Shown one piece after another: positions 1-14,307 of a stretch of DNA of 64,000 nucleotides. The notes below the pieces were generated by a model that was given only the letters and a program-made list of their open reading frames with translations, was not told the DNA's origin and searched no databases. A program made the translations under genes and the position numbers. This DNA is from Octopus vulgaris. Taxonomy: Eukaryota. Position 1 is the first letter of the stretch, and every line of letters starts with the position of its first letter. Where the stretch lies: positions 82,026,001 through 82,090,000 of the forward strand of contig OX597820.1 in the NCBI GenBank assembly GCA_951406725.2, given 5' to 3'.

Positions 1-2
1 GT

Positions 3-4
<2 letters not shown>

Positions 5-65
<61 letters not shown>
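5..65. repeat. (GA)n microsatellite
   Basis: Pure GA repeat; representative of dozens of (TA)n, (CA)n, (TAGA)n, (TTA)n and (GAT)n tracts across the window. Confidence 0.95.
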
Positions 66-69
<4 letters not shown>

Positions 70-499
70 AGTCTACTTACTTGGCGTTTTTTATGGTTGG
101 GTGAAGGTCTATCCTCTCCTCCCTGTGTGACTTGTGGGATGTCCTTAATTAAGTTAAGGTTTCTAGCATTCAGTGAATGCTAATTGAAGAGTTCCAATGT
201 CACCAGGGGCGCTTTCTTTTAATTCAATATATGTATGGTTATAAATGTCAATGAATCGTACGCTGGTGTGAAAAGGGAGCGTTGAATGGGGTGATGCGGT
301 GAATTTTACTTGCGCGTTCAACTACTTGTCTGTTATTGGCGTTGATGGATGTGTGTTGATGACAATGTCTTGTGATTGTGATGCTTGTATATGTGTGAGG
401 TGTGTGCGTGCTGGGGGATATGTATCTGTGGGGCGGAGGGGAGTTAGGGAAGTGCTTTTACATTTTCTTTTTTTTTTTTGGCGACTTCCTTCCATTCTG

Positions 500-1261
500 A
501 ATCGTTTGCATCTTTAGTGGGGTCATCTTGGGTGTGTTGTAGATCCATTGCTTTGCTGTTACTGGTGAGAGTCTGGTCGTGAGTGATTTTTGCCCCCTTG
601 GTTGCTTCTTTCACTTTTGCAGCTGGGGCTGGGCCTGTTGGGGATTTTTCGGTGACAGTTCTGTTGGCCTTGAGAATTAGCTGCAGGTGATCGTTTGGTG
701 GTGGAGGGGAACCATTGTTGCGGATTCTAGTAGGTAGGAGATCCTAATGTGACCCTTCTCTCCACATTTGTAGTATCTGGCTCTATGTCCCTCCACCATG
801 ATGCGTAACGCTGTTCCATCGGGCAGTTTTACGAGGTCCGGGATTTCTTCTAGGTCCTGTTGAGCTGCTTGGATCAGACTTTCCAGGCCTTGGTTGCTAC
901 CAGTTTTGTTGGTGTAGCTTGGTGATTTTCAGTATTGTAATACTGCTTTCCAGATCCAGTAGGACAGCCGCCACGAGCCACACCACATCAATCTCTGGTG
1001 GGAACTCCCCTATTTTTATGTTTGATGTTCTTCTTCACAGGTACGTCGATAGCAGTACTAAATTAATTGATTTTAAAGTCACTGTGGAGTGTTCTTTTGC
1101 TTCACATATGTGGTTTTGCCCCATATGAGTTGTAGACATTTGTCAATGCTTTCTTTTGGAATGTGTTCGATTTTCATGGTTTTAAGTGACAGAGTTTTAA
1201 AGATTGTTTTCCTCGTGGCTTGTTGCATTATATCACACAAAGTTTTAATATTCTTGCTCAC
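500..1261 (-). mobile_element. Degenerate gag-like/ORF1 of a non-LTR retrotransposon with eroded CCHC zinc knuckle
   Basis: Minus-strand translation ...DLEEIPDLVKLPDGTALRIMVEGHRARYYKCGEKGHIRISY is a CX2CX4HX4C knuckle with two C->Y changes; frameshifted N-terminus in ORF 1079..1261. Confidence 0.6.
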
Positions 1262-1463
1262 TTCCGCTGCTTACAGCAGTGCTTGGAATGAAGGTCTGTA
1301 GTGTGTGATCGTTGCATTGACCATGATAGAGAAAGGTGTCATGGCGATACCTGCTCAGATGCCTACGCAAAGTTGCAGAAAGTGTTTGGAGAGGAGTCTA
1401 TGAGCCGCACACAAGTGTACGAGGGGTTCAGAAGTTTCCAAGATGGCCGAAAAAAATGTCGAT
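1250..1463 (+). mobile_element. mariner 5' fragment (HTH region), same family as 14739-15613
   Basis: Translates GDTCSDAYAKLQKVFGEESMSRTQVYEGFRSFQDGRK; very similar to the reverse complement of 15300-15500. Confidence 0.85.
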
Positions 1464-1529
1464 AGCTTCCAGCCTATTTATTTGTTGCATTCACCGCACG
1501 TATTTATCAATAGTGAGAAATTTGCAGTA

Positions 1530-2490
1530 AACAACTCCCTTTTCTAGACATCTTAATTAAAATAGTTAACAACCACAAAGAAACAGACATCTTTTATAAA
1601 CCCACAGATTCTAAACAATTCCTATTATTTAACTCTTGCCACCCCAAACACATAAAAATTAATATGCCTTTTAATCTAGCGAAAAGAATCTGTACCATAG
1701 TTTCGGATACATATACCCATGATCAAAGACTCCTTGAACTTAGATCAACACTAACTAAAAGACATTACCCAATCTCATTAATAAATGATGGCATTAAAAG
1801 AGCTAAGGAAATAGATATACAAATATTAAGGCAAGCCAGCCGAAATACTAAACCAGACTTTAAAATACTCCCGTACATTTCCACACACAACCCTAGAAAC
1901 AACGAAGCCCCCAAAATTATCACCGAAAATCTTCTCGTTCTCACAGAAGACAAAACAATGAACGAAATTTTAAGCTCATACAAAATTATAAAAAGCAAAA
2001 TGCAACCGAAGTCGCTGAAAAAAATATCAGCCAGCTCAAGACTATATCCACTAACAACAGAACCAAAAGTGAACAAATGTGGTCGTCCTAACTGTGGAAC
2101 ATGCCCCCACCTTTTGGAGGTTCAGAATTCTACTTCAAACAAGGAGAAATATTTAAGATCAAATCAAATTTCACCTGCGCCTCGGAAAATCTAGTCTATG
2201 CCATGACATAGGATGTGGTAACCACTACATTGGACAAACAGGAATATCACTCCGTCGAAGAACCACCATCCACAAAGAACAAATCCGCCATCCACAATAC
2301 AGACAGTTACAGGTTAGTGAACACATAGAAAGGTGTGCTAGGAATCTTAATCCTAATTTCCAAATCTTCCCCTTCTATCAATGTTCACAGAACACTTCAA
2401 TGCAACAAAGGTTGAATAAGGAGGCAATTTTCATCAATAAATAGCTTCCCCAACTAAATATGAATACACAACTTAATACAGAACACCACT
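1530..2490 (+). mobile_element. Penelope-like element 3' part: RT thumb plus GIY-YIG endonuclease (pseudogenised)
   Basis: LPFLDILI...TDIFYKPTDSKQFLLFNSCHPKH...PFNLAKRICTIVSD; CGRPNCGTC linker; ASENLVYAM...GCGNHYIGQTG.SLRRR...HKEQI; frameshifts and stops. Confidence 0.92.
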
Positions 2491-2610
2491 AACCCTTCAA
2501 TTAGCACCACTAACCCCTATACATTCCTTACACCATGCACATTACAATTCTATATCTAACATAAATGCACAAAATTCAGAGCTACTTACAGTATGGTACA
2601 CAGGATACAT

Positions 2611-2690
<80 letters not shown>

Positions 2691-3126
2691 AGAATAAGAA
2701 AAGGGAGTTTTGCGAAATTCAGCTAATTGTTTATCTCGTCATTTTTCAAACTGGCAAAGTCAACAAAACGGTTTTGTAACGGCGTTTGAGTAATAGGAAC
2801 GCATTTCTGAAAAAGAGGCAGAGAGCGATCAAGAGGTGATGCGCGATGACTAACTAAAAACAGTTCTTTTTTATGAATATTGAAACCAAGACTGAAGTGG
2901 ATTATGATCTGTCCGGGTAGCCAGTCTTTAATTCCTGCTAAGATGTATTTTGTAAGACGCGGACATGATGAAAATATCTCGCTTATGGTATTCATACAGC
3001 CCCTGGATTTTCTTAAACTCTTTAAAAGATCCAGTGGTTTACTCTGAACGAATGAAGGAGAAGTGCTGAACACGTGTTGCAGAAGATATAAGGATAAGGC
3101 TTTTCTTTTGAAATTAACTGAAGTTT

Positions 3127-3171
3127 GTCTTGCGACGCTAGTTTCACGCCACTGCGATCTTCAGTTCGGAC
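3127..3171 (-). ncRNA. Hammerhead ribozyme-like motif (degenerate stem I)
   Basis: Minus strand gtccgaa-CTGAAGA-tcgc agtg gcgt-GAAAC-tagc-GTC-gcaagac. Confidence 0.5.
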
Positions 3172-4211
3172 GTGTTATTTCCTTGTGTACACGTCCCAAA
3201 ACGTTTTCAAACCCTTTTGATCGTTTTCGAAAAGAAAATTCTACAGTGTATTGCCCTCTCTGTGTTCAGACCTTCGTGGCTAATAAACAAATCTATCTTT
3301 AGAAGAAAACTATTACAATTCGGTATTGGTGGTGTATTTTTATCCTTTAATATGTGGGAGAAGGCCTAGTGCTTATGTTACCCTATTCATTGGTAATTCA
3401 TGTTATTTCGTAATGTGGTGTTTTCATTTCATTTTGTAACGTAGTGCTTTGTAATGTGGTGTGTGTAAGTGTAGTTGAGAGGGTGTTATGAATTTGTTTC
3501 GAATTAGTGATTTTGGACGTTTTCTCTTGGTTGTGTACGCGTGTGTTTAAGGTTTTAAGTATATTGTCTTTTGGAAAGGGTGTCTATGGATGAGTTATGT
3601 GAAAAAGTCCTTAATGAATGGTGATTTTCACGAATGAGTGATTTTGGAGATGTTTTGTGAGATATATGTAGGTCCGTATGTGTACATGTAGGTCTGTGTA
3701 TGTGTGAATGTGTGTATGTGTGTGTGTATCTGTGGATGTGTGTGTATTTGTGTCTGTGTCTGTGTGTTTGTGCGCGTGTAGCATTTTGTATATCTTTAGA
3801 ATTTTGTTTTTTGACATTTAATCAAGGAAATATTTGTTACTGTATATGTGCGTGCCAGAATGTGGTCATCTGGCGTTAGGATGTTATTTTATAAATCTGG
3901 GATAGGTGTTTATTTTGTCAGTGGTCAAAGAACAAAAATATAAATAGTCGTGTCGAGAGGGTGTTTCTTTGTGAATGTTCATGAGTGATTCTAACTGTGT
4001 AATTAAAGATAAATATTTCGAATAGATCTGTTTTAAGAAAATGTTTTATATGGCTGAATGATTTGGATGTGCCGTGCTTTTGTTGAGATTAAAAAGCATT
4101 AGTTATTTATGTTTGCTGTATATGTGTGTGTTTTGTGTTTCTGTAGTGAGATTTCATTCTGGGTGGAATGGAATTTTTGAGTTTTGGCTTGAGAGAATTT
4201 GTGTGTGTTTT

Positions 4212-4259
<48 letters not shown>

Positions 4260-4786
4260 TGTGTGTGTATGTATGTGTGTGGTTGTGTATGTATGAGTGC
4301 GTAGTGGGTAAAATGTTTAATGGTATATTGTTGTTTATCTTTTATCTGTTTGTATAAAGTGTGCATATGCCCACGCATATGCATATGCGTGGGCACATGT
4401 GTATAGAGTTTTTGAAGTTACGCCAAGGTAGTGGGTGAACGTCTTGATTCTATCTGTGTGTGTTTTTTTGGGGGGGAGGGGGACATTTATGTTTACGAGT
4501 GCATGCACACTTTCCGTTTTGAATTTGTAGTGATGTTTTCTTTTAACCAGACGACAGTCATACACGCGCAAACACCCAAGCACGCACAGAGACACACAGA
4601 CACACACTCACACATACATACCAAAGGATATAAATATACCACTAATACTGAGTTATAACAGGTCTCGCCTGAAGATCGCAGTAATGTTAGACTCGAGTTG
4701 CGAAACAAACCCTCGGGTTCAGTTTCAACAAAAGAACTGTGCGTGCGTTTGCTTATATGTATGCATGTATGTATATATGTATACAC

Positions 4787-4876
<90 letters not shown>

Positions 4877-5029
4877 ATACAAACATACATACACTTATCG
4901 TCACCGAACTCGAGTTCTACCTTCAGGGAGACATAACGATGGAGATACTTTCAGAAGATCCACAACATGGACATCAAGGGTATAATGGTGCTGGCAACAG
5001 TTGGTAACAAATATATCAACAGTGACACT

Positions 5030-6000
5030 GAAAGGATATTTGTTAAAAGGAGGTATAGATGCATATGCTTAAGCTCAAGTCAACTGACATTTGATATCAC
5101 TTCAAATCATTACTGAACAGTAAAGAAAGATGAGTACATCACGCGTGTATTCACGAACGGAAATTTATCCTACACACCTAATCTGGGCGTAGCGCTGGTC
5201 CATGAGAATACTCTAACTTAAATAGAAATATTGGGGAGAAGCACTCATCACACCAGCAGAAAGTTATGTGTGGATAATATACTGCTAGATTGAGTAAAGC
5301 AAAAGCATTAACAGGAAGAGTAGCCTCTTCTGGATTTGCAATAGATACATACCATCTCACCTAGAAGGATAAGCCTTTGCTATCCAGGAACAGGAAATAG
5401 CTACTAAATACCTGGTATGCAAAAGAAATAAGTGTCTCTTGACTTCTACGTTGTTATAGAAAATGTCAACTGTGTCAAACAACTGTGAAAAATGTCGCCC
5501 TCGACTAATTACTATCCAAAAATGTCCTCAAACTACTCCGTTTTCATTAGATATGATGATGTTATATAAATTATTTACCACACTCAGAGATTATCGGTGA
5601 AACATTTCAAGAAAAAAGACATTCTGGTGCACATACAAAAGTTGTTTTATAAAAGAAGCAAAAGTTTGGAGATCAGCTTTCCTGTAGATATGAATATTGT
5701 GTCAAGATTTGTTGAAAAGAGAACTGTGGAGTAATATTAAGGAGGCCGACTTTGCCTTTCATCCTTTCAAAAGGTCGATAAATTAAGTACCAGTTGTGTA
5801 ATGGGGTCGATATAATCGACTGACCCCCTTCCCCAAAACTTTTGGGCCTTGCGCCTAAAGTAGAAAAGAATATTAAGGAAGTTACAGTTCTTGTAGCCTG
5901 GTTATATATTCTCATATCATAGCTGTCCTAAGTTATGTGACACAAGATTTGCATAAAAGCCTGGAAATGATAGAGTTTTTTCAAATTTGCAAAAAGAAGA
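5030..6000 (+). mobile_element. RLE-type (R4/Dong-like) LINE 3' fragment
   Basis: PSHLEG*AFAIQEQEIATKYL, KCQLCQ (eroded CCHC), RYDDV, EISFPVDMNI (restriction-like endonuclease region); interrupted by a SINE. Confidence 0.65.
5744..5868 (+). mobile_element. 5'-truncated SINE (family B) with 11-bp TSD
   Basis: Core gactttgcctttcatcctttc...gtcgataaattaagtacc; AATATTAAGGA duplicated at 5733-5743 and 5869-5879. Confidence 0.85.
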
Positions 6001-6227
6001 TAGTAACACATTATCACAGTCTGCTACAACGATGTTAACATTAGTTATTCCAGCATCACTCAAGCTGTCAAACAAAAAGTACCCCACAGAACTGAACAAT
6101 CTATGACAAAACGGTTGTTTGATGTTATATAGAAAAGTTTTCCTGTTTCGGGTTAAACGCTTCGTGAGAGAGAGCGAATGCATACGCCTTTGTTTTACAG
6201 CCTGCTGGTATGAGCTTTATAAATTTC

Positions 6228-6268
6228 TTTTTCTCTGAAGAAAGTCATGCACTCGAAACGTTGAAATA
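6228..6268 (+). ncRNA. Degenerate minimal hammerhead ribozyme motif
   Basis: ttttct-CTGAAGA-aagt catgc actc-GAAAC-GTT-gaaat. Confidence 0.45.
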
Positions 6269-6781
6269 TTTTGTCCTTAACGTCAACTTATATATATATT
6301 CCACTACTTGACTTATTTGAGCAGTCTATAATATCTTCATAGAATTCTTTAAAACCACCTGTACTGGAGAATGTTTCTCAAAACAATTTTCTGCTTCAAT
6401 GAACGAAAGTAATAGAACCCAATAATTATATACACTGACCAACTGGTGCAATATTGAGGTTAGATGTTATTTCAGTCTTAACAGGCACAAAATATAACCG
6501 AAATCATAATAAGGGTATGTCTATACGTAAACAGACACACGCACAAACATAAAATTTATACGCTAGCAAGCATACTCACATACAGACACAAGAAAATATA
6601 ATTAATTTAATATTTACACACGAACACTCGTAAAAATATTTTTAGAATATCTCTATGCGTTTATAAATATATATATCATATACGTGTATATGTGTGTGCA
6701 TATGTATGTATGTGCGTATACATACATACACATACATACATACATATACATATATATATACATACATACATACATACACAC

Positions 6782-6834
<53 letters not shown>

Positions 6835-8214
6835 CAGGGTGTCCCTCAAAATGTATGCACACTTTAAATAATTCTAAAGTAGGTGTTTATAAAAATATAT
6901 TTCATTTTCAAACTTTTAATAGTATCTACAGACATTATTTTATTGTTTTGTCAATGTCTGTTTTCAAACTGACGTCTGTTCTGGTCCAGGCACTGCTGAC
7001 AACGCAAAGAAATGGAATCGCAAACATCACGAAACAATTCGTTTGGTATTTGTGTGCATTCTCGTTTAATGGCTGATCTCAAATCAGATTTCATGCAGAT
7101 TTCATAGCTTAGACTTTGTATTTTAGGTATCCCCATACAAAGTCTAGTGGTGTGAGGTCTGATCAACGCGGAGGGTATTCAACGAAACCCCTTCATCCAA
7201 TCCACCTGTTTGGAAGGATCTCATCAAGGAAGGATCTAACATAGTGTGGGGTACCCCATCTTGCTGAAAATAAAACTCATCTTCTCTAATGCTTGGCATG
7301 ACAGACTGTTGTAGCAAGTTCAAGAAAATGGGACCAGTCATAGTAGCGTCAAAAAGAATGCTTGATGATAAGCCACACCACAGTGTAACCCCTGGTAAAT
7401 TAACATGGTATTCCACCATAACATGCTGATTCTTATGTCTCCAGTAGGTGCAATTGTGGCGGTTAATTGAACCGTTTAGCTTGAATGTGGCCTCATCACT
7501 CCACACAATCTTTCTTGGAACGTGTGCATCTTCTACACATCTTGTCAAGTACCACTCGCAATACTGCACTCTTCAGTCTGGATCATCGTCATTAATAGGA
7601 TGGACTAATCTCGGTACGTAAGTTTTCCCATTGAAAACGCTTCAAATTGAGTTGGACAGATGATTTTGAAATACCTACCTTACGACTCGCTTGCCACACA
7701 GATTTTCTTAGACTTTGGTGATACGTTTCCAGCAATCCTTGTTGCTTTTTTGGGGTTGTTGACGTTCGTGGTCTTCTGGAATGCTTCTCGTGGGCATTTT
7801 GAACAGTTCCATCGGCTTCAAACCTATCGAGTGATGGTGAGTCGCATTGGTGGATCTGTTTGAAACTCCCTCCTAAACTGTCTTTTCACTTCAATTCTTT
7901 TTTCACACTTACAATAACACTTTAGAATGAATTTAATGTGTTCAAAGCTTAGTCTGATAGCCATCAGCTTCAAAATTATCTCTAATTCGAGTGATGGTAT
8001 GTCGCATTGATGGATCTATTTGAAACTCCCCCTTAAAGTGTCTTTGCGCTTCAACTGCGCTTTCACACTTCCAGTAACATTTTAGAATGAATTTCCTTTG
8101 TTCAAAGCTTAGTCTGATAGCCATCTTAAATTCCAATGGGTTTCATCTGGAAAGGAAAAACATCAATTGAGTTATCAGCTGCTCAAGTGTGTTTACATTT
8201 TTGGGGACACCCTG
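6835..8214 (-). mobile_element. Tc1/mariner-superfamily element (rosa/DD41D-like), full length with decayed transposase
   Basis: TIRs CAGGGTGTCCCTCAAAATGTA... / ...TACATTTTTGGGGACACCCTG with TA on both flanks; MAIRLSFEQRKFILKCYWK HTH start; [20 protein letters not shown]; FYFQQDG. Confidence 0.9.
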
Positions 8215-8232
8215 TATATATGTTATATATAT

Positions 8233-8283
<51 letters not shown>

Positions 8284-8294
8284 TATATACATAC

Positions 8295-8334
<40 letters not shown>

Positions 8335-8663
8335 ACTATGTATGCATGTATGTATATATATATGAATATATATATATATAATGAGTCTGTTTAATTATCA
8401 TCGCGTGCGCATGAATATGTATGTGTATGTATGTATGTATGTATGTATGTATGTATGTATGTATGTGTATATGTGTGTATGTGTGTGTGTCAGTGTGTGT
8501 ATGTGCGTGTGTGTGTAAGTATAAAACATAAATATTGTACACAGCTGTTTGTGCACGTGCGTATGAAACGGCATTCTACGCCTACATAGAACTACCTATA
8601 TGTGTGTGCGTACATATTTGTGTATGTATAGGTGTGTGAGTGTGCTTTCTTGCGTATGTGTGA

Positions 8664-8700
<37 letters not shown>

Positions 8701-9116
8701 TGTGTGTGTACGTGAGACCGGTTCCTTCCTTCCTTCGAAAATATCGACATGTGCAAAGTCATAAAAAAATTCACGGTTGAATGCAAGAGTTATGTTTATG
8801 CACGTGCACATACCTGAAAAATGATGTGTGTGCGTATGTGTGTATGTGTGTGTATGTATATATGTGCGTGTTTGTGTGTATGTGTGTATATGTCCGATTG
8901 TGTGTGTGTGTGTGTGAGTGTGAGTGAGTGTGTGCGTGTGTGTTTGTAAACTGTGTTAAAATATACGTAGTCTTCGCTTAAATAAGTTGATCGATATATG
9001 TGTGTGTGTGTGTGTGTGTGTTGTGTGTGGTTTTATGTATATAAATAGATAGACAGGCATACACACAGACATACACAGAGACGCACAGACAGACTGATGA
9101 ATAGACAGACAGACAA

Positions 9117-9248
<132 letters not shown>

Positions 9249-9514
9249 GGGACGAATTGATAGGATGGTAGGAAACTAAGCAGATTAGGACACACGTATG
9301 TATGCATTATTTTGTCAAGCATGTGTTGATTAATTCTCTATGCTTCACTTGACAGCTGTTACAGCCAGACTAATTGAATAATCTCTCAAATGAACAAAAT
9401 TTCAACACGAATTTTACAATATAGCTGACTCTGCTCTTTGTATTGAGACCTCGACGTAGCATCTGAAAGTTCGTTGTTATTCTCTAACTTGTTTCCCTAA
9501 TATAATCTCAACTT

Positions 9515-9569
<55 letters not shown>

Positions 9570-9685
9570 CGGTTTAGAGATGATGTACAGGTATTATATA
9601 TATATATATATATATACATATATATATGTGTTCGTTTGTTTTCCACCTGCCTTCGTCTTTTGTCTATTTTCATAAAGCTTCCCGT

Positions 9686-9754
<69 letters not shown>

Positions 9755-9765
9755 GCATATATATT

Positions 9766-9821
9766 ACTAGGATAATTCTTTCAACTACTTAAACATTTAT
9801 ATATGTATGTATATACATATA

Positions 9822-9871
<50 letters not shown>

Positions 9872-9886
9872 CATATATATATGTAT

Positions 9887-9970
<84 letters not shown>

Positions 9971-10038
9971 CATATACATATATGCATATATATCACTAGG
10001 ATAATTCTTTCAACTACTTAAACATTTATATATGTATG

Positions 10039-10102
<64 letters not shown>

Positions 10103-10121
10103 CATATATATATGTATATTT

Positions 10122-10160
<39 letters not shown>
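9766..10160. repeat. Tandem duplication of a ~230-bp microsatellite-containing unit
   Basis: actaggataattctttcaactacttaaacatttatatatgtatg...aagcatatatatatgtatatttacacac occurs at ~9766 and ~9995. Confidence 0.85.
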
Positions 10161-10161
<1 letters not shown>

Positions 10162-10700
10162 CAAAATAAGCAACAAGGATTGTTGATTATTTTGATTTTA
10201 ATCACCTTACTTTGAGATTGTATGGATAACACCATACTAAATTCTTGCACCTCAACTTAAGTACCATATTCATCTGAATCTAAATTTTTGCTGAACTCAC
10301 CATTGAGATTATTCCGAAAGGAAATAGATATATGCAGTGGAAATGTAATGTAAGAAGACAGTATAATGTCGAGTTTAATAGATTGGTAAAGATTACCAAT
10401 CTGAGGAAATAAAGGTACGTTTTTGCCAATATCTTCTAACATTTCACTTCCACTACATATATATATTTCCACGCTTTTAAACTTTATTTCCATTCATCTA
10501 TCACATTATATTTTCCCTTCTTAACTTTCTGTTAATTTCTTTCTTTCTCCTCCTTCTCTTTCTCTAATTTATCTTTGACGTTAAATCTATTAACAATTTT
10601 TTTTTAATGAAAAATAACGTGCTAGCGTTCGCCGTATATCATATACTTACATATGCGGTAATCACATTCGGCTAAAATGACTTGCTATGTTTTGTTCCAT

Positions 10701-10790
10701 TTTGCCCCTGACGAGATGTTGCATTGTTTTACATCATTTTTATTCCCTTCTGAATAATCCCATTGCTTTTTTCGAAAGATATGTTGGTAG
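10701..10790 (+). ncRNA. Degenerate hammerhead motif with long stem II
   Basis: ttgccc-CTGACGA-gatgt...acatc...tc-GAAAgatat-GTT-ggtag. Confidence 0.35.
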
Positions 10791-11074
10791 TATAACTTAT
10801 TTGAATAACACCTGCGTTTGACTTCATTTCTTGATTTATCCATGTTATACAAAAACATTTCGCTTAACCATGGAATTTCTACATTTGTAAGTAGTCTGTA
10901 ATATCTTTGGTGCTTATGCCAACTTTTGGTACCCTGGTAACTATCTATTTATTTTGCCTTGTTATTCGTACACATTGAAATTACACACACACACATACAC
11001 ACACACACACAGGCACACATGCACACACACACACACACAGGCACACACACATACACACACACACAGGTACAAAT

Positions 11075-11170
<96 letters not shown>

Positions 11171-11480
11171 CAAAACAGTTTGGTTCAGACTCCTTGATAC
11201 TCTAAGTTTCAAGCGTGTGGCTAGACTTCAGCTACTGGAATCAGAATTAGTTTTTTTTACCACTGGACGTTAGCCTGGAATTGGTCGAAATTGCAGCATA
11301 GTCGTTTGATGTTGCTATTTCAGCGACAACAATTAGTTGGAAAATATTATACTTGATGCTGGATGTTTCATATATTATATATATTGTGTGTGTGCGTGAG
11401 TGTGTGTGTGTGTGTTTAAAGAAGAATATATACTCAGCCATAAAACCGGTGAAAATTATTAAAATATAGTTAATGTACCC

Positions 11481-11872
11481 TCTTTTACTCTTTTACTCTT
11501 TTACTTGTTTCAGTCATTTGACTGCGGCCATGCTGGAGCACCGCCTTTAATCGAGCAACTCGATCCCGGGACTTATTCTTTTGTAAGCCCAGTACTTATT
11601 CTCTTTTGCCGAACCGCTAAGTAACGGGGACATAAACACACCAGCATCGGTTGTCAAGCAATGCTAGGGGGACAAACACAGACACACACACATATATATA
11701 CATATATACGACGGGCTTCTTTCAGTTTCCGTCTACCAGATCCACTCACAAGGCTTTGGTCGGCCCGAGGCTATAGTAGAAGACACTTGCCTAAGATGCC
11801 ACGCAGTGGGACTGAACCCGGAACCATGTGGTTGGTAAACAAGCTACTTACCACACAGCCACTCCTGCGCCT
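11481..11872 (-). mobile_element. Full-length tRNA-derived SINE (family A)
   Basis: Minus strand starts aggcgcaggagtggctgtgtggtaag (A box)...ggttcagtccc (B box); internal CA/TA tract; tail of repeated gtaaaaga; about 10 related copies in the window. Confidence 0.92.
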
Positions 11873-11999
11873 CATTAAAATATTTAGAAATGTTAAACAT
11901 TTACAGATACATAAATATATAAAAATATAATAGTTACATATGGGTAGAAAAACTATGCTGATGTATAAAATTATATTGGCATCCTTCTGGGGTGAAAGA

Positions 12000-12560
12000 A
12001 GAAGGCGATCCATTGTTTGGCGTCTCTATGGGGACCTTCGACAGGGCTGAAATCGCCGACCTCTTCAGGTTATACACTTTGGATACCCTCAAGAGATGTA
12101 CCCACCCACATAGGTCGGCCCTCTATAGGACGCAACCTGGCTGAACGACCACACCATGAACAGGTTCTTTAAGGAGTTCGTTCTTTCCATAACGGTTACC
12201 GCCAACCTGACAATTTCTTGGACGTAACCTTAGGCCTCAGTAAAGGCAAGTATTACCCATACAGGAAGCCTAACAGGGATACAGTATGCATTCTCCCGGA
12301 TGCATAGTAAACGACTTTCTAATATCACGACCAATAGAGATTTAACAGGGCCACCTTCACTACAACGATGCTTTGGCTAGGAGCGGATTTACTGAGAGGC
12401 TCAAGTATGTGGATAACCCCCAAACACCTTCTCCTCACCCTAAAAGGCTTAGGAGAAGGAAAATTATATGGTATAACCCCCATTTCAACCAAGAGGTTTC
12501 CACCAACGTAGCTAGGGGGTTCCTGTCGCTAATTAAAAACACAGAGGCCATAAGTATTGC
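12000..12560 (+). mobile_element. Penelope-like RT C-terminal fragment
   Basis: AEIADL; NFLDVTLGLSKGKYYPYRKPN; YNDALARSGF...RRRKIIWYNPHFNQEVSTNVARGFLSLI. Confidence 0.85.
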
Positions 12561-13489
12561 AAGCTTTTCAACCCCCAAAAAAGCAAAATGTAATGAAAGA
12601 ACGAACGAAAAGCTGTCCACGGTTGTAAACTGCTCCAAAGAAACTGCAACTGGGTTAGATATAAAGTAAGAGGTAGGAAATGAAATTGTAAGTTAGGAGC
12701 AATGCATCATATCGATGATATATGCACGGAATGCATGTGATTCACTGTGTGTACATGAACTTGTCTAAAATTTTCAGACACACGCAGATACACTCCATTC
12801 ATGTTTGCATACTCACAGACACACAAACACACTGATATACATACACATATACATGAACATATACATATAGATACACATACACTCACACACGCACACACAC
12901 GCATCAAATAGACGAATGGATTTTATCGCATATCTTACAAATGTTTCATAAAGAAATTTTTATCGCAGCGTAATATCATGCAGGTAGGTACTTATAAACG
13001 TGTACTATTCCATTAGATTATACAATACATTACAGTGAATCCATCAAATCTTCATGGTATATCATAATTTAAACACGTAAATAATGATATGCTACAATGC
13101 TGAAGTACATTGCAGAATACGGAAAATCAATCCAATTCAAATATGGAAGCGGTCTGCTATACAATCGGCCAATTTGTTTTACAGGCAGTTAAAGATGTTT
13201 AGAGAATTCACCGTAGAAAATGGCTGTGCTAAGCTGTAGGTATAAGTAATAAGGGGTTTATTTGGATTGATCAGAACAAAGTGTAAAATGAGTTCTATGG
13301 CAATTCTTATCTTCAAAAAGTCGTTAACATAACAATTCAGCATATAATGAAATATTAGCAACGAGATTTTATTGCCTACGAAAAGTGGCATCAGCAATGA
13401 TTTGAAATATGTTGTAGAAGTCATTAGCTCAAGTGACAATACGGTTTACACAACTTGTATATGACATATAATACACCATGCACTACACA

Positions 13490-13720
13490 ATAATAGAATA
13501 TATTGATCTTTGGCGAATCGCTTCTACGGCATATTTCAAAATTTTGATGGAGTCCGGATTGGATCGCTGATGCCAGTTTTCGTGGATAATAAAATCTAGA
13601 TGTTAGTATAACAAACTTTAAACCTCTGAAACATTTTTCTAAAGAGCATTTCTGGAATAAGTAAGTCACAAAATCAGATTCAGCCTGAAAAAAAAAAGAT
13701 ACATCGATATTGAAATTTTT
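13490..13720 (+). mobile_element. Possible MULE-type transposase remnant
   Basis: ILIFGES...SPDWIADASF resembles the recalled MULE RILIF...W.ADGTF motif; very decayed. Confidence 0.25.
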
Positions 13721-13800
13721 AACTTTATTTAAAAAATTCAAAGTCTGACGGTAACAGAAAAGATTCTTCCCTGTATACATTTACCGCTCTCTCACACACA

Positions 13801-13846
<46 letters not shown>

Positions 13847-13871
13847 GTCTTCAGTCACTTCGAGTGTGTAA

Positions 13872-14010
<139 letters not shown>

Positions 14011-14267
14011 TTGTGTGTACGAAATTTCATAAAATATCAGCAGCAAGATAAGAAAAAAATTTATATCTCTGCACCAAATGGAAAAACAAAAATTTAGTTT
14101 GTCGATACATTATAAATTGCCTCAAATAATACAGAAATATATTTTGGTCAAGAGGCCTATCCGTCGAAGAAGACACGGTCTGATATGGAATTTTTTTAAA
14201 AATTGAAATAAAGGCATTCTATTGTAAATATTGCCCAGGAACGCTGCGATACCAGCTAGTGTATACA

Positions 14268-14307
<40 letters not shown>

